A DNA stretch of 64,000 bases, from assembly GCF_020745735.1 (NCBI RefSeq), contig NC_083409.1, forward strand, positions 36,414,048 to 36,478,047. The letters are read 5' to 3'. Positions 14,601 to 27,638 of this stretch are shown in pieces. This DNA is from Hemiscyllium ocellatum. Taxonomy: Eukaryota. The notes beneath the pieces were generated by a model that worked only from the letters and a program-made list of their open reading frames with translations, was not told the DNA's origin and made no database searches. The stretch's first letter is position 1, and each line of letters begins with the position of its first letter. The translations under genes were made by a program, and so were the position numbers.

Positions 14601-16280
14601 AATGTAATCAAGTATCTTTAATGTTTGGAAGAAATATGAGCTATTCTATACTCCTCAGATATACAGGGCTGGCATAGTATTGAGCTTCCTTGGTTGTAAA
14701 GTAGGGTATAGTAATGTTTAGGCAAAAGCACATAACCCCTAAGAGGCCCATGCTGAGGCTCTCGTGGTAGTATCCCTAACCCAGGACCAGGAGGCCCGAG
14801 CTCAAATCCCAACTGCTGCAGAAGTGTGTTATAACATTTTGAACAGGTTAGTTAGAAAATGTATTTTAAAAAAGCAGACTCGGGCACGAGTCTGCAGATC
14901 TGACTGTCCCAGGCAAGAAAGCCGTAGAACTGGCCCTTTCCTGTGAAAACATAGAAAAAATGGCTCAGGAGCTTTAGGATTGTGTATGCAGTATCGTTCT
15001 CAGCCTTGTGTGATATCCGTACCACAAAGCCAAGTTCCCAGTGGCTCCATTCATTGCCAAGGACGGATGATTGGGGTCAGAGACCATAAAGTTCCAGATC
15101 TGGACAGTAAGTTTCTCCACAATACAGTGTGGAGAATGTAGTCATAGAGTTCGCCCCAGAAAAGGCAAACAAAATAGGCAAATTATATACTACCCAGGCC
15201 AAAGGCCAAAGTCACCACATGACGGGGGTTTGCAAATAAATCTACTCAAGGATGAGGCATTGATACAGCTAAATTACACCACTGCTCCTGATAATTAACA
15301 TAAAACAGCAGGTAAATGGCCACCCCTTAATCATGGAGGTTGATATATTTATATTGTTATATATTGTTGAGGAGCAAACCTTTAATAAACTCTGCGTTAT
15401 CTTGCTTTTAAGTCTGTGAAACATCAACCCTAGATTGGCAACACGCGCTGGGGAACCCTTACATATTACTTATGGAACTGTTGTAACCCCAGTTATGCAT
15501 GGGCAATAAGCAGTCCGATTTCCCTTACTGGTGATACAAAGGCCAGGTCCCAAACGTTTGGGACGTGACTGGCTCCAGAAAATCTGCTTGGATTGGAAAC
15601 ATATCTTTAAAATGGATACTGGTGATCTATATGAAGCCGTTGGGAAGTATGCTAAAGTGTTCCAAGATGGCCTTGGGAAGATGAAAGGCACCAGAGTCAA
15701 GCTCTATGTACCTGTAGACCAGAAACTTGCCACAAATATTTCAAGGCATGGCCAGATCCAGTGTGCCCTAGGTGTCAAGGTAGAGACTGAAGTGGAACAT
15801 CTTGAGGAACTTGTTATCATATCCCCAGTGCAACTTGTTGAATGGACCAAGTGAGTAGTCCCAGTTGTAAAATCTGACAAATCGCACTGTCACAGTTGGG
15901 ATTATAAGTTAACGATGTGCAGAGCTTCCCCCTCACACAGATACCTAATGCCATGCATAGAAGACTTTGTATGCAAAGCTTAGAATTTTCCACACCTAAC
16001 TCCAACTGGAGCTTGAGATAGTATCCAGGAAATACATCATGAGAAATAATCTCAAAATATTTGTCTGAGTACGTTTGTTTGTCTTTTGGTGTCCTTGGCT
16101 TGTGCCATCTTTCAAAATGTAATGGGGAACACCCTCCAAGGAGTGCCTAGAATGGCAGCCTATCTAGGTGTATTAATGTCGAATACTACTGCAAAGGAAC
16201 ATGTGGAGAGTTTGGCGGAGGGCTCAGCGTAACTTTGAGGCTGGATCTGGCTAAGAAGGGAAAAGTGTGTGTTCCAGGTA

Positions 16281-16443
16281 AAGTTTAAAAAAAAATCACA
16301 ACACCAGGCTATAGTCCAGTAGGCTTATTTGGAAACATTAGCTCTGAAAGCTAGTGCTTCCAGATAAATCTGTTGGATTATAACCTGGTGTGATTTTTCT
16401 TTACTTTGTCCACCCCAATCCAGCATCAGCACCTCCACATTAT
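16281..16443. mobile_element. Short fold-back insertion made of Penelope terminal-repeat sequence
   Basis: About 55-bp inverted arms (acaacaccaggctatagtcc... / ...ggattataacctggtgtg); ttccaggtaaa repeated on both sides. Confidence 0.75.
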
Positions 16444-16478
16444 ATTCCAGGTAAATGAGGTAATGTACCTTGGGTACA

Positions 16479-17409
16479 AAGTTAAAAATCACTCAACACC
16501 AGGTTATAGTCCAACAGGTTTAATTGGAAGCACACTAGCTTTCAGAGCGACGCTCCTTCATCAGGTGATTGTGGAAGGTTCGATCGTTGAAATTATACAT
16601 TGAAAAATTGATTGTCTGTTAAGCCTTTCATCTGTTAGAATACAGTGATAGTTTCACTTCTTTCATGTGTAAATCACGAAGCCCTTTTTTTTAAAAGTTG
16701 CATTCTCGGGTTAGCTGTTAACAATGGTGACAGCTAGACAACATGTTGAAGGTGTTATCCCCCTGTGTTCTCTGTCTATGACCTGATGTCTAGATTGATT
16801 TTAATCTAAAAAGTGGGAAAAGAGTTTTACATAAATTCATGCAGTTTTTGAGCTCAGAGTTCTACATGAATGTATGCAGTTTTTGAGCAAAATGCAATGT
16901 AACTCTGCAAGTACAAATTCACCAAACAAAATAAAATACATGTGTGCATGTGGGTGTTTGTCTGTCTGTGTGTGTCTGTCTGTCTGGGGTGGGGGTTGTG
17001 TGTGTGTAGTGGTGCAGTGTCGTAAGTGTGGGGGGTGCATGTGTGAGTGTGGGAGTTTGTGTGTCTATAAGGGTGTGTGTGGGCGTGTCTGTGTACCTGT
17101 GTCCGTGTGTGTTTGTGTGTGTGTGTGTAGTACAATGGTGATCACCTGTAATGTGACATGAACCCAAGGTCCCGGTTGAGGCCCTCCCTATGGGTATCGA
17201 ACTTAGCTATCAGCCAGAGGCTACAAAGGTACATCACACTGCAAATGTTTGCTATAAATTCTGTGTTACGATCGAGCCCTCCACAATCACCTGATGAAGG
17301 AGCTTGCTCCAAAAGCGAGTGTGCTTCCAATTAAACCTGTTGGACTATAACCTGGTGTTGTAGTTTTTAACTTTGTACACCCCAGTCCAACACCGGCATC
17401 TCCAAATCA
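16479..17409 (-). mobile_element. Penelope-like element 3' end with inverted terminal repeat (family A)
   Basis: ORF 17142-17330 ends LIAKFDTHREGLNRDLGFMSHY (PLE GIY-YIG C-terminus); CA-rich UTR; inverted arms about 16481-16587 and 17268-17372; 13-bp duplication taccttgggtaca at 16466-16478 and 17410-17422. Confidence 0.85.
16533..16567 (-). ncRNA. Minimal type I hammerhead ribozyme (PLE family A)
   Basis: cac-CUGAUGA-a-ggagc(guc)gcucu-GAAA-GCUA-gug: core boxes, stem II, palindromic AGCU stem III, cac/gug stem I. Confidence 0.75.
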
Positions 17410-20400
17410 TACCTTGGGTACAGGTTGGCAAGGATGGATTTCACCCTGAATTCACCCTGAATGTGAAGTACGTAAAAAGAACTCTGACTCTATGCAATGC
17501 AACAGAGTTGAAGTTTTTTCCATATCTTATAAATTACTATGGGAAATCCATACACAACATGACTACTCTGCAGGCATGCCTCCGTGTCCTGCTTAAAAAA
17601 AAGTAAGAAATTGTCTTGACAAATGCCACAAGAGAGAGCATTTGCAAATGTCAACACCAATGACATTAACAAATATATTAACTCATTATGATCCCCTGAC
17701 ACTATTCATTATATCTGCGTTATCTCCCAGTATGCAACAGGGGTGGTATGATTGTACTGTTGGGACAATGCTGCAGACTATCCAGTTGTGTACACATCAT
17801 GTTGTGTACACATCATGAATCCTGGCAAAGGCAGAAAGGAACTATACCTAGATTGATCAAGGTACTTTGGACACAGTATTCACAGTGAAAATGTTCCATC
17901 AGTGTGTGTATATCAGCATTTCACCAGAGTTACAGATCACTAACCTTTACTTTTCAAAGAAAGACGAGGCAATTCTTCGCATTGCATCAGCCTGGTACAA
18001 GGCTGGGCACAGCAGTTCAATGCTTCTGAATGTACCTTAGAACAACATCCAGAACAACATAAAGCCAATGTGGATGCCTTGAGCTGCTTGCCATTACCCA
18101 CTAGCCAACTAACATGTCCAAAGATGAATTTAGCATGGACTCTTTACCAATACCTGACAAGCAAATCCAGGCTTGAACTCAAAAGGACCCTTCTTGCTGA
18201 AGCTATGTCATATCATCCTACACAACAATGTCCTGTGTATAACTTGAAACTCTATCTCAAAAGTTGAGCATAGAAAATGGCATTGTGGGGAGCCCAGATA
18301 GCTGTCCTGCACCCAGTGACTAAAACTTTAATAAATACACAACGGCCATCCAGGAATATCCAAACTGAAAATGCCTTTGAGCAATTATGTTTGGTGGCTT
18401 GGCATAGACACCGATATCAAAATCCTGATCAAGCAGTGCAGTAAAACCTGAAGGCCCCATCAGCAGCCTCATTGCACCCTTCAGAATGGCTAGGGGGACC
18501 CTGGGAGTGAATACTTCAGATTTCCCAAGGCCATTCATGGGCTCTGCATTTTTGATCATTATTCGTGTCCATTCAATCTAGACTGATGTGCAGTAAATGG
18601 ACTCTACTGTCACTTATAACTCTACAGAGGAACTCCATCAATCTTTTAGGTCGTGCAATACACCCACCGTCCCCGCCGCCGCCCCCCCCCCCCAAAAAAA
18701 AAACTAGGCCTAGAAAGCACAGGAATGGGGCCAAGGGCAGAGCAATGCAAGAGGCCTTGTCGTCAAAGGGAACCCTTGAATTTAGAAGGGGAAGGATGTG
18801 TAAATCCTACAAGGCCCATGGGGAATCACTAATTAATCCCCTGGCGGAGCCAATTGAGTATGAGTTCCCTCGCTAACTGGCAGTGACCTACCTAGTTCGA
18901 ATTCATCACCTGAGCCTTTTATAAAGCAGACCCAAAGGACCTTTGTGGCACAATGGTAGTGCCCTACCTCTGAGGTGGGAGATCCAAGTTCATGTACCAC
19001 CCACTTCAGGTATGGCTTGCATCCCCACGTAGGTCAATTTAAGAAAAAAAAACTATAAAACCAGATCTGGGATGGATCTGCAAACTGTCCGTCCTAGGCT
19101 GCCATGTATGCCATGAGTCGAGGCTCTATTTTGGTGTTCACCAATAAACAGTGTTCCTTTCTAGTCAGGCTTCCTGAGTTATTACATTAGACTACTGTAT
19201 TTGCTGCTCATAGTATGGTCTCCTTTACTTTGGCGAGACAAAAAGATACTGGATGACCACTGGATACTGTGGAATACTTCAACACAGTCCATAGAAGTGA
19301 CCCTGACCTCCCAGTTGCTTGCCATTTCAATAAACCACCTTGGTCTCATGCTCACGTTTCTGTCCTGGCACTTTTGCAATGTTGCAACAAAGCAAGTGTC
19401 AATCTTGCACACCTCATTTTGCACTTGGATACTTTTCAGCCTTGAGATCTCAATATTGAATTTAGTAACTTCAGAAACCAATTCCTTATGTTTGTTTTCC
19501 ATTTTTCTACATTCTGTACATTTCCACAGCCTCGTCTTGTTTATGTACTTGGTCCAATAGAGAGGACCTATTTCCTTCCTTTCACACCTTAATTTACATC
19601 AATACTACATCTCATTTTCTCCACATTAACCTTCAATTCACCTTTTGAACTAAACCTCAGTCAAAAGTATTGTGAAGCCCACAGTTTAACACCATTCAGT
19701 TCTGAAGAGGCATTACTTCAGTCTTGAAATGTAACTCTGTCTCTGCACAGATCCTACCAGACCTTGTTAATATGTTGTTGAGTCTGAACATAAAAGTTCA
19801 GACAGTCTTTTACTGTAATTTATTAACATTTCCCAACAATAGATGCTTCTGGGTGTCTTGGCATTAGTGATCGACTGTTTGGAACAATCAAGTCATTTTT
19901 GGCTGACAGATTTCCTGTATGAAAAAAATCTAGATCCAAAGCATTCGCTTAATAGACAAGACATCAAAAACAGGAAATTTTTTCATGTGCACATTCTTCC
20001 ACAAATGAGGTTTTGCGTTGCCAATGCTTTACATTGTTGTCTTTGTAAGATCTCATGAAAATAATAAGTAATATTTTTAGAAATTGGTGCTGGAGCAGCA
20101 GTGGTCTAGATTGTCTGACAAAATCCTACCTCTTTGCCATAGCTATCACAATAACTTTCGTTCTTAAGATTCAGTTTCTCTTACAGAATATCGAATAAGA
20201 ATGCAGTTTTGTGCAGAGAGCGACTGAAGCTTTTAAGCTGTGCATGCATGAGGCTAACGTCACGTGTTATCAGAATTTTAACAACTTGCATTTATGGAAC
20301 AGTCTTAATGCAAATAATCATCTCAAAGTGCAATCAAATGTGCACCGAAATGAATGAGAATCGCGGGCCAGTGACTAAAAGACTTGAGGAACAAGTGAGA

Positions 20401-21329
20401 TCAAAGGAAAGACTTGGAAGAGGGGTGTGTGGAGAGGTTTCTAATGAATTTCCAAAACTTGGAACTAAAGAGGAGTCTGGCTTCAAATGGTCAGCTGGAT
20501 AGAAATCAGAAGAACTCAGAATTGTCTAGTTGATGTATATTTGGATTAACAAAACCATAAAGTGAATTTAGATTACAAAAATGTTTAGTCTGCAGTATTA
20601 TCTGAATAGGAACTGAGGTTGGTTAATGATTGGGACCATGATCCATTAAACAGGATTGGCTGCAGGCACAGATGTACATGAACTGAAGTTTATGGGAGGT
20701 TGTAGGCTAACCAGAAGAGTGTTTGAAAAGCTGAACCTAGGCAATAAAAGACATGTGGAAAGTTTTGAGCAGATGAATGAGGTGGATGCAATGTTAGAGT
20801 AGACATAAATGGCACGTAGAGAAGCAATCTATTTGGCTGATTGCGTCCACAGCAGCTCTCCATATGAGCATTAGGACTTGATGCGACCTATTTTTCCCTG
20901 TACCCCTGCATATATTGTTCCATTTCAAATAATCACTGAATGCCTATTTGAATGTCTTAAATTGAACTTGCTTTGATCACTTCCATGCTGTACATCTCTG
21001 TGACTAGGACTCTATAACTTATCCAATGTACTCGTAGGGTGAAATGGCTTCTCTCTGTTTACTCTATTTCAAGTGCTCATGATTTTGAAATCTTCAGTTA
21101 TCTACCATCTTTACCAGTTTGGAAAGGAGAAGGTCAATAGTCCAAACTACTCCAATCTGTTTTCATGACGAAGTTTCTCATCCCTAGAAGCATTCTTCTA
21201 AACTTGGTCTGTATTGTCCAATGTTTTCACATCTGTCCTGAAGTGTGGTGTTTAGAACTGTGCATAGTATTGCAGCTGGGTTCTAACCAGTCACTTATGC
21301 AACTTCAGTATAATCACCTTGTTTTTGAA

Positions 21330-23870
21330 CAAAGGAACGGGAGAAGACTGTTTCACCATTCGGTGAGATCATGGCTGATCTGAGGCCTTACTCTATATAA
21401 CTGCCTTTGCTTAACAGAAATTTATCTATCTCTCCTTTAAAATTAGCAACTGATCCAGCATTCATTGCTATTTGTCGAAGAGTGTTTCAAATATCTACCA
21501 TCCTTTGTATAGAGAAGTATTTCCCCTCATATCTCCTGAAGGGTCTGGCCCTATTTCTCCATCTCTGCACCTTAGCTCTAGAATTTTCTACGACTGGAAA
21601 TTGTTTATTAATCCTACTTTTTCCTGTTGATACAGAGTCATACAGCACAGAAACAGATCCTTCGGTCTAACCGGTCCATGCCAACAATAATCCTAAACTA
21701 AGCTAGTCCTACCTATCTGCGCGTGGCACATATCCCTCCAAAGATTTCTTATTCATGTACTTATCTAAATGTCTTTTAAACATTGTAACTGTACGCGCAT
21801 CTACCACTTCTTCTGGAAGTTCACTGCACGTGCAAGTCACTCTGTAAAAAAAATTTTGCCCCTCATGTCTTTTTAAAATCGTTTTCCTCTCTCCTTATAA
21901 ATATGCCCCGTCGACTTGAAGTCCCCCTCTCTATGGGAAACACACTTGCCATTCTCCTAATCTATACCCTTCATGGTTTTATAAGGTCACCCCTCAATCT
22001 GCTATGCTCCAGTGGAAAACGTCCCAACCAATCCCTCCCCTCTTTATAATTCAAATCGTCTATTCCTGGTAACCTGCTAGTAAATCTCTTCCGAACCTTC
22101 CCTTGCTTAATGATATCCTTCCTATAACAGGGCAACCAGAACTCGACACTATCCAAGAAGAGGCCTCTTGAATACTTTATCAGATTACCCCTTAACCATC
22201 TAGATTCCAGAGAAGAAAAGTCTAATTTGTGTAATCTCTCCTCATAATCTACCCCTTGAAGTCCAAGTATCATTCTTGTGAACTTACATTGTATTCCCTC
22301 CAAAGCCAATATATCCTTCCTAAAATACAGTGCCCAGATCTGCTCTCAGAACTCCAACTGGTGTCTAACCAGGGCTTTGTATAACTGCAGCATAACTTCT
22401 GTATCCTTGTACTCCACTCCTCTGGATATAAAGGCCAACATCCAGTTAGCTTTCTTGATTATTTTCTGCACCTGTTTGTGACATTTTAAAGATCTATGCA
22501 TCTGGACTCCCCAAATCTTTTTGGACGTCCACTGTACTTACTTTCCTTCCTTCTAGAAAGTACCCTTTTCAGGTCCACAATGGAGAACTCAACACTTGTT
22601 TTCATTGAACTCCAACTTCCACAATTTTGCCATTCACTTAGTCTATCAATATCCCCTTGTAATTTTATGCTATAATCTACCATGCCTACAAAGCTGTCTA
22701 ATATTGTGCCATCTGAAAATTTGGATAAATTATTTTCTGTGCCATTATCCAATAGTTGAATAGTTGAGGCCCTAACACAGATACTGTAGGACATGACTGG
22801 TCACAGCCTGTCATTTTGAGTACTGACCCATTATCCTTAGTCTCTGTTGCCTGCCACTTAACTAATTTCACAGTCGAGTCAGTAATTTTCCCCCAGTTCT
22901 TTGGGCTTCTACCTCAATTAACAGTTTCTTATGTGGGGTTTTATAAAACACCTTCTGGAAATTCATTTAAACAACACCTTTAGACATTCCCCTGTCCTCT
23001 ACCTTAGTCACCTCTTAAAACAAAATTCAATGATTTTTTTTAGGCATTATCTAACTGTCATGCATTCATGCTGGTTCTCCCTGTTTAACTGAAAATTTTC
23101 AAGGTGATCAGTTACCCCAGCTTGATTATAAATTCCACAATTTCCCTCCACAGATGTTAGGCTATCTGGGCCGTGATTCCTTGTCTGTCTTCTTTTTCTT
23201 CATTAAAAAGTGGAGTGATTTTAAATTTTTTCAATCCGGAGGGACAACTTAGTGTCTTGGAAATTCTGAAAGATTATAGTTAAGGTGTCGACAATGTGCA
23301 CCCTTACTTCCTTTCACACACACTGATGGTACTCATCCGTTCCCAGGCATTTTGTCACATTTTAATTCCATTAATTTACTTATTTACTTCTGTTAAATTT
23401 ATTCAGTCCCTGTTATTGATTTACTGTGAATTTCCTTGGGTCATCGGGCAAGGTATTCTCCTTTTCTGTGGTAAATACTGAGTCAAAGTAATTATTCAAC
23501 ATGACTCCTGACCACCCACCTCTGTTGGCTCACCCCTCAGCCTTTGTCTTTCCAGTGAAAACAATTAAGTTTATGCAACCTCTCCTCATAACTAAAACCC
23601 TCCAGACCAGACAACCTTCTCTGCACGCTGTCCAAAATATCTATGTCCTTATGGTCATGTGTCAACCAGAACTGCGCGCAATATTCCAAATGTGACCTAA
23701 CTAAAGTTTTATACAGCTGTTACATAACTTGCCAACATTTTTATTTGATGCCCTGGCTGATGGGGGCAAGTGCACTGTATACCTTCATGATTACCTTATC
23801 CATCTGTCTTTCCACTTCCAGGAATCTGTGGACCTGTGCGCTGAGATCCCTCAGTATGTCAATGCAGATG
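21330..23870 (-). mobile_element. Nested CR1 LINE fragments, antisense
   Basis: ORFs 21971-22309 (ALEGIQCKFTRMILGL..RLRGDLI) and 22486-22794 (LSKFSDGTIL..LQGDIDRL); CR1 tail near 21630-21720. Confidence 0.8.
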
Positions 23871-25276
23871 TGTAGTGTCTCGGAAACATTGGAATACCAT
23901 GTTTGTGGTTGAGCACTGCACCTGGCAGAATGACATATTGGTTTTGAAAAAAAGTGCAGCAAATATTTACCAAAATGTTTCTTGAATTTAGAGAATTCAG
24001 TTTGAAAGAGATGCTGTGTAAGCCTAGCTTGAGTTCTATTGAGTATAAAAATGTTGAAGGGAGATCTGATCAAAGTCATTAAGATGTTAAAAGCATTTGA
24101 TGATGTCAATACGGAGAAACTGCAGGTAAACAGCTGTGAACTGTTGGCATATAACTCAACTAGTTAAAACTCTAGGAGAGAGTGAGAACTGCAGATGCTG
24201 AAAAGTCAGGGTTGAAAAGGGTGGTGCTGGAAATGTACAGCAGGTCAGGCAGCATCGGAGGAGCAGGAAAGTTGATATTTCGGGCATAAGCCCTTCATCA
24301 GGAATGTTAGGGGTGGGGAAGGGAGCTGAGAGATAAAGAGGGTGGGGTAGGATTTGGAGGAAGGTAGCTGGAAAGGTGATAGATAGATGAGAGATGGGGT
24401 AGAAGGTTGGGGGAGTGGCTAATGGTGATAGGTTGGAGTGGAGGGTTGAGCAGATAGGTGAGAAGAAAGATGGACAGGTAGGACAGTTCAAGAGGGCAAT
24501 GCCGAGTTGGAGTGTTGGATCTTGGGATAAGGTGGGGGAAAGGGCGATGAGGAAACTGGTGAAATTGACATTGATGCCGTGTGGGTCGAGGGTCCAAAGT
24601 CAGAGAGTGAGGTGTTCTTCCTACGAGCATCCGGTGGCTAGGATTTGGCAGTGCAGGGGGCCCAGGACTTGCATGTTTTTGGTGGAGTGAGAGGGGGAGT
24701 TGAAGTGGTCAGCCACAGGATGGTGTGTGAGACCTGGAGATGTTCCCTGAAACGCTCAGTGAGTTGGTGTCCTGTCTTCCCTATGTAGAGGAGACCACAT
24801 CAAGAGCAATGGACATTGTAGATGAGGTGGGTGGAAGTGCAGAAACATTTCTGCCGGATGTGAAAAGGTCCTTTGGGGCCTTTGATGGAGGTGAGATGGG
24901 AGGTATGGGTGCAGGATTTACACCTCTTGCAGCAGCAAGGGACGGTGCTGGGTAGGTTGGTGGGGGGGCATGGACCTAATGTGAAAATCATGGAGGGAAT
25001 GGTCTCTGCGGAACATAGATGGTGATGGGGAGAGTAAGAAAGGATAATGCACTGTATCTGGAGATTGGTGGCGTAGAAGGTGAGGACCTGGGGAGGGGAG
25101 GACGGGGAGGGTTCTATCCTTGGTGCAATTGAAGAGTTCAACGATGAAGGAAGAGGAAGTGGAGGAAATGCACTGGAGTGCATTGTTGATCACATGGCAT
25201 GGGAAATTACGGTCCTTGACATAGGCCATCTGGGATGTCCTGGAGCAGAATTGCTCCTCCTGTGAACAAATATGGC

Positions 25277-26053
25277 TCAAAGTTTGTGAGAGATTTGTAG
25301 CTCGGGTGCTCGTTGTTGTGGTTCTGTTCGCCGAGCTGGGAATTTTTGTTACAGACGTTTTGTCCCCTGTCTAGGTGACATCCTCAGTGCTTGGGAGTCT
25401 TCTGTGAAGCGCCTCTGTGTTTTTTTCCTGCAGCATTTATAGTGGTTTGTCTCTGCCGCTTCTGGTTGTCAGTTCCACCTGTCCGCTGCAGTGGCCAGTA
25501 TGTTGGGTCCAGGTTGATATGTTTGTTGATGAAATCTGTGGGTGAGTGCCATGCCTCTAGGAATTCCCTGGCTGTTCTCTGTTTAGCTTGTCCTATAATA
25601 GTAGTGTTGTCCCAGTCAAACTCATGTTGCCTGTCATCTGCGTGTGTGGTTACTAATGATAGCTGGTCGTGTCATTTCATGGCTAGTTGGTGTTCATGGA
25701 TCGTTAGCTGTCTTCCTGGTTGTCCTCTGTAATGTTTTGTGCAGTCCTTGCATGGGATTTTGTACACTACGTCGGTGACAAGCCAAACAGAGAACAGCCA
25801 GGGAATTCCTGGAGGCATGGCACTCATCCACAGATTCTATCAACAAACACATCGACCTGGACCCAATATACCGGCCACTGCAGCTAACAGCTGGAATTGA
25901 CAACCGGAAGTGGCAGAGACAAATCACTATAAATGCTGGAGGAAACAACACAGAAGTGCTTCACAGGAGGCTCCCAAACACTGAGGATGTCACCTAGACA
26001 GGGGCCGAAACGTCTGCAACATAAATTCCCAGCGATGAACAGAACCCCAACAG
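25277..26053. mobile_element. Penelope-like element 3' end as an inverted pair (family B), nested in the family C element
   Basis: Inverted arms about 25312-25596 and 25775-26053; the + arm encodes AKQRTAREFLEAWHSSTDSINKHIDLDPIYRPL; caaatatggc duplicated at 25267-25276 and 26054-26063. Confidence 0.85.
25978..26017 (+). ncRNA. Minimal type I hammerhead ribozyme (PLE family B)
   Basis: (g/a)ca-CUGAGGA-stem II-GAAA-CGUC-ugc with palindromic ACGU stem III; sister copies at 25351-25390 (-) and about 33116-33155 (+). Confidence 0.7.
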
Positions 26054-27328
26054 CAAATATGGCGGTGGATTTGAGAGTAAGGAATTGTGTTTTTACAGAA
26101 AAGTGGATGGGAGGAGGTGTAGTCCAGCTAGCTGTGCAAGCCGGTGAGTTTGAAATAGATGTCCGTTTTGAGTCAGGAGGCTGAGAGGTCCAGGAACAGA
26201 AGAGAGGTGTCTGAGATGGTCCAGGTGACTGTAATGTCAGGGTGGAAGGTGTTAGTGAAGTTGATGAGCTGTTCACCCTCCTCGTGGGAGCAGGAGGTGG
26301 CACCAGTACAGTCGTCAATGTTGCTGAGGAAAAGGTGAGGGAGAGTGCTGACGTAGCTGTGGAAGATGGTCTGTTCGACATATTGTGCAAAGGGGCAGGC
26401 ATTGCTGGGGCCCATGCGGGTGTCCATAGCTACCCCTTTGGTCCAAAGGAAGTGGGAGGATTTGAAGGAGAACTTGTTGAGGGTGAGGGTCTGTTCCAGT
26501 AATTGAATAAGTGTGTTGGTGAAGAAGTATTGGTTGTGCCGCCAAGGAAACTAAGGTCGTGGAGAAGATGGAGGGAGTGGACTGTGTCCCAAATGTACGT
26601 GGGATTCCTTGGACTGGGAGTGGGGCAGGGTAGTGCTGAGATAAGTTTGGTGCGATGGGAGCAGGCAGAGACAATAGGTCAACTGGGGCAGTCAGGTTTG
26701 TGGATTTTAGGTAAGAGGTAGAACTGGGCGGTGTGTGTTGTGGAACTGAGAGGTTTGAGGCTGTGGATGGGAGATCCCCTTCCAAACCCCCCACCCTCAG
26801 CTGAAACAGACAGATCAAATAACCATCGATATAATGAGTGGAAGCAAGATAAAAAACTGAGGAAATAGCATCAGTCCTCCGAATTTGATGGAGAGATTTT
26901 TTTTTAATTTCTCAAGTTTTTTTTAAATGCTCTGAGCTTTTCCTTCAAGGTGTTTTATTTGTTCACAGGCAGAGTGTGTCTAGTCTACAAATTATCAAGT
27001 CTCTGTCATATTGGTTAAAAACAACATAAAGCAACTTGTAGATGGAAACAACTTGCTTTTTTTTAGGTATTCTGCTGGAGAGAGAAGCACACAACCTCCC
27101 ATTCCAGAGGCCCAAGGGCTTGTCACTATTGCTCATACCCACATGTTGTTTAGCTAGCCAATCGGAGAGTTACATAACTAGGAGCAGAGTAGGCAGTTCA
27201 GCTGTTGGAGTATGCTCCATCAGTCAATACAGTCGTAGCTCATTTCATCTCGTTCCCAACACCACATTCTGCCTGGTCTCCATAATCATTCAATCCGTTA
27301 CTAATTAAAAATATGTTTATTGCCTCAT

Positions 27329-27638
27329 TTAGATTAGATTAGATTTCCTACAGTGTGGAAACAGGCCCTTTGGCCTAACAAGTCCACACCGACCCTCTGA
27401 AGAGAAACCCACCTCCTCTGACTAATGCACCTAACACTATGGGCAATTTTACATGGTCAATTCACCTGACCTGCACATCTTTGTACTGTGGGAGGAAACT
27501 GGAGCACCCGGAGGAAACCCATGCACACACAGGGAGAATGTGCAAACTCCACACAGACAGCCACCCGAGGCTGGAATTGAATCTGGGACCTTGGTGCTGT
27601 GAGGCAGCAGTGCTAACCACTGAGCAACCGTGCCACCC
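27329..27638 (-). mobile_element. HE1-like V-SINE, full length
   Basis: tRNA-like head (A box tggttagcactgc, B box gattcaattcc), V-core, tail ending (AATCT)n. Confidence 0.9.

Larger units (their letters stand above)
15300..18640 (+). mobile_element. Decayed Ty3/Gypsy LTR retrotransposon pol (PR-RT-RH-IN), interrupted by two Penelope insertions
   Basis: ORF 15531-15854 GPKRLGRDWLQKICLDW...VFQDGLGKMKG; DALSCLPLP (RNase H end) at 18070; HNGHPGISK..YVWW integrase HHCC-like segment at about 18340-18440. Confidence 0.8.
24175..26780 (-). mobile_element. Penelope-like element (family C; RT + Cys linker + GIY-YIG), decayed
   Basis: ORF 26173-26427 TRMGPSNAC..FLSNIDDC..FTNTFHP..LFLD (PLE RT motifs); ORF 24800-25183 CKRCKSC..FHIRQKCFCTSTHLIY; terminal repeat with hammerhead at 24274-24306. 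Confidence 0.85.

Noticed and set aside
16837-17167. His/Thr- and Cys/Val-rich ORFs
   Set aside because: Translations of the (CA)n/(TG)n-rich Penelope 3' UTR, not proteins
18690-19185. Possible 3' LTR of the Gypsy element (TATA, AATAAA, ends attaca)
   Set aside because: No matching 5' LTR, PPT or TSD could be identified
27570-27638. tRNA-like sequences at SINE heads (also near 35140, 60060, 62280)
   Set aside because: They run directly into the V-SINE core and CR1-derived tail, so they are SINEs, not tRNA genes
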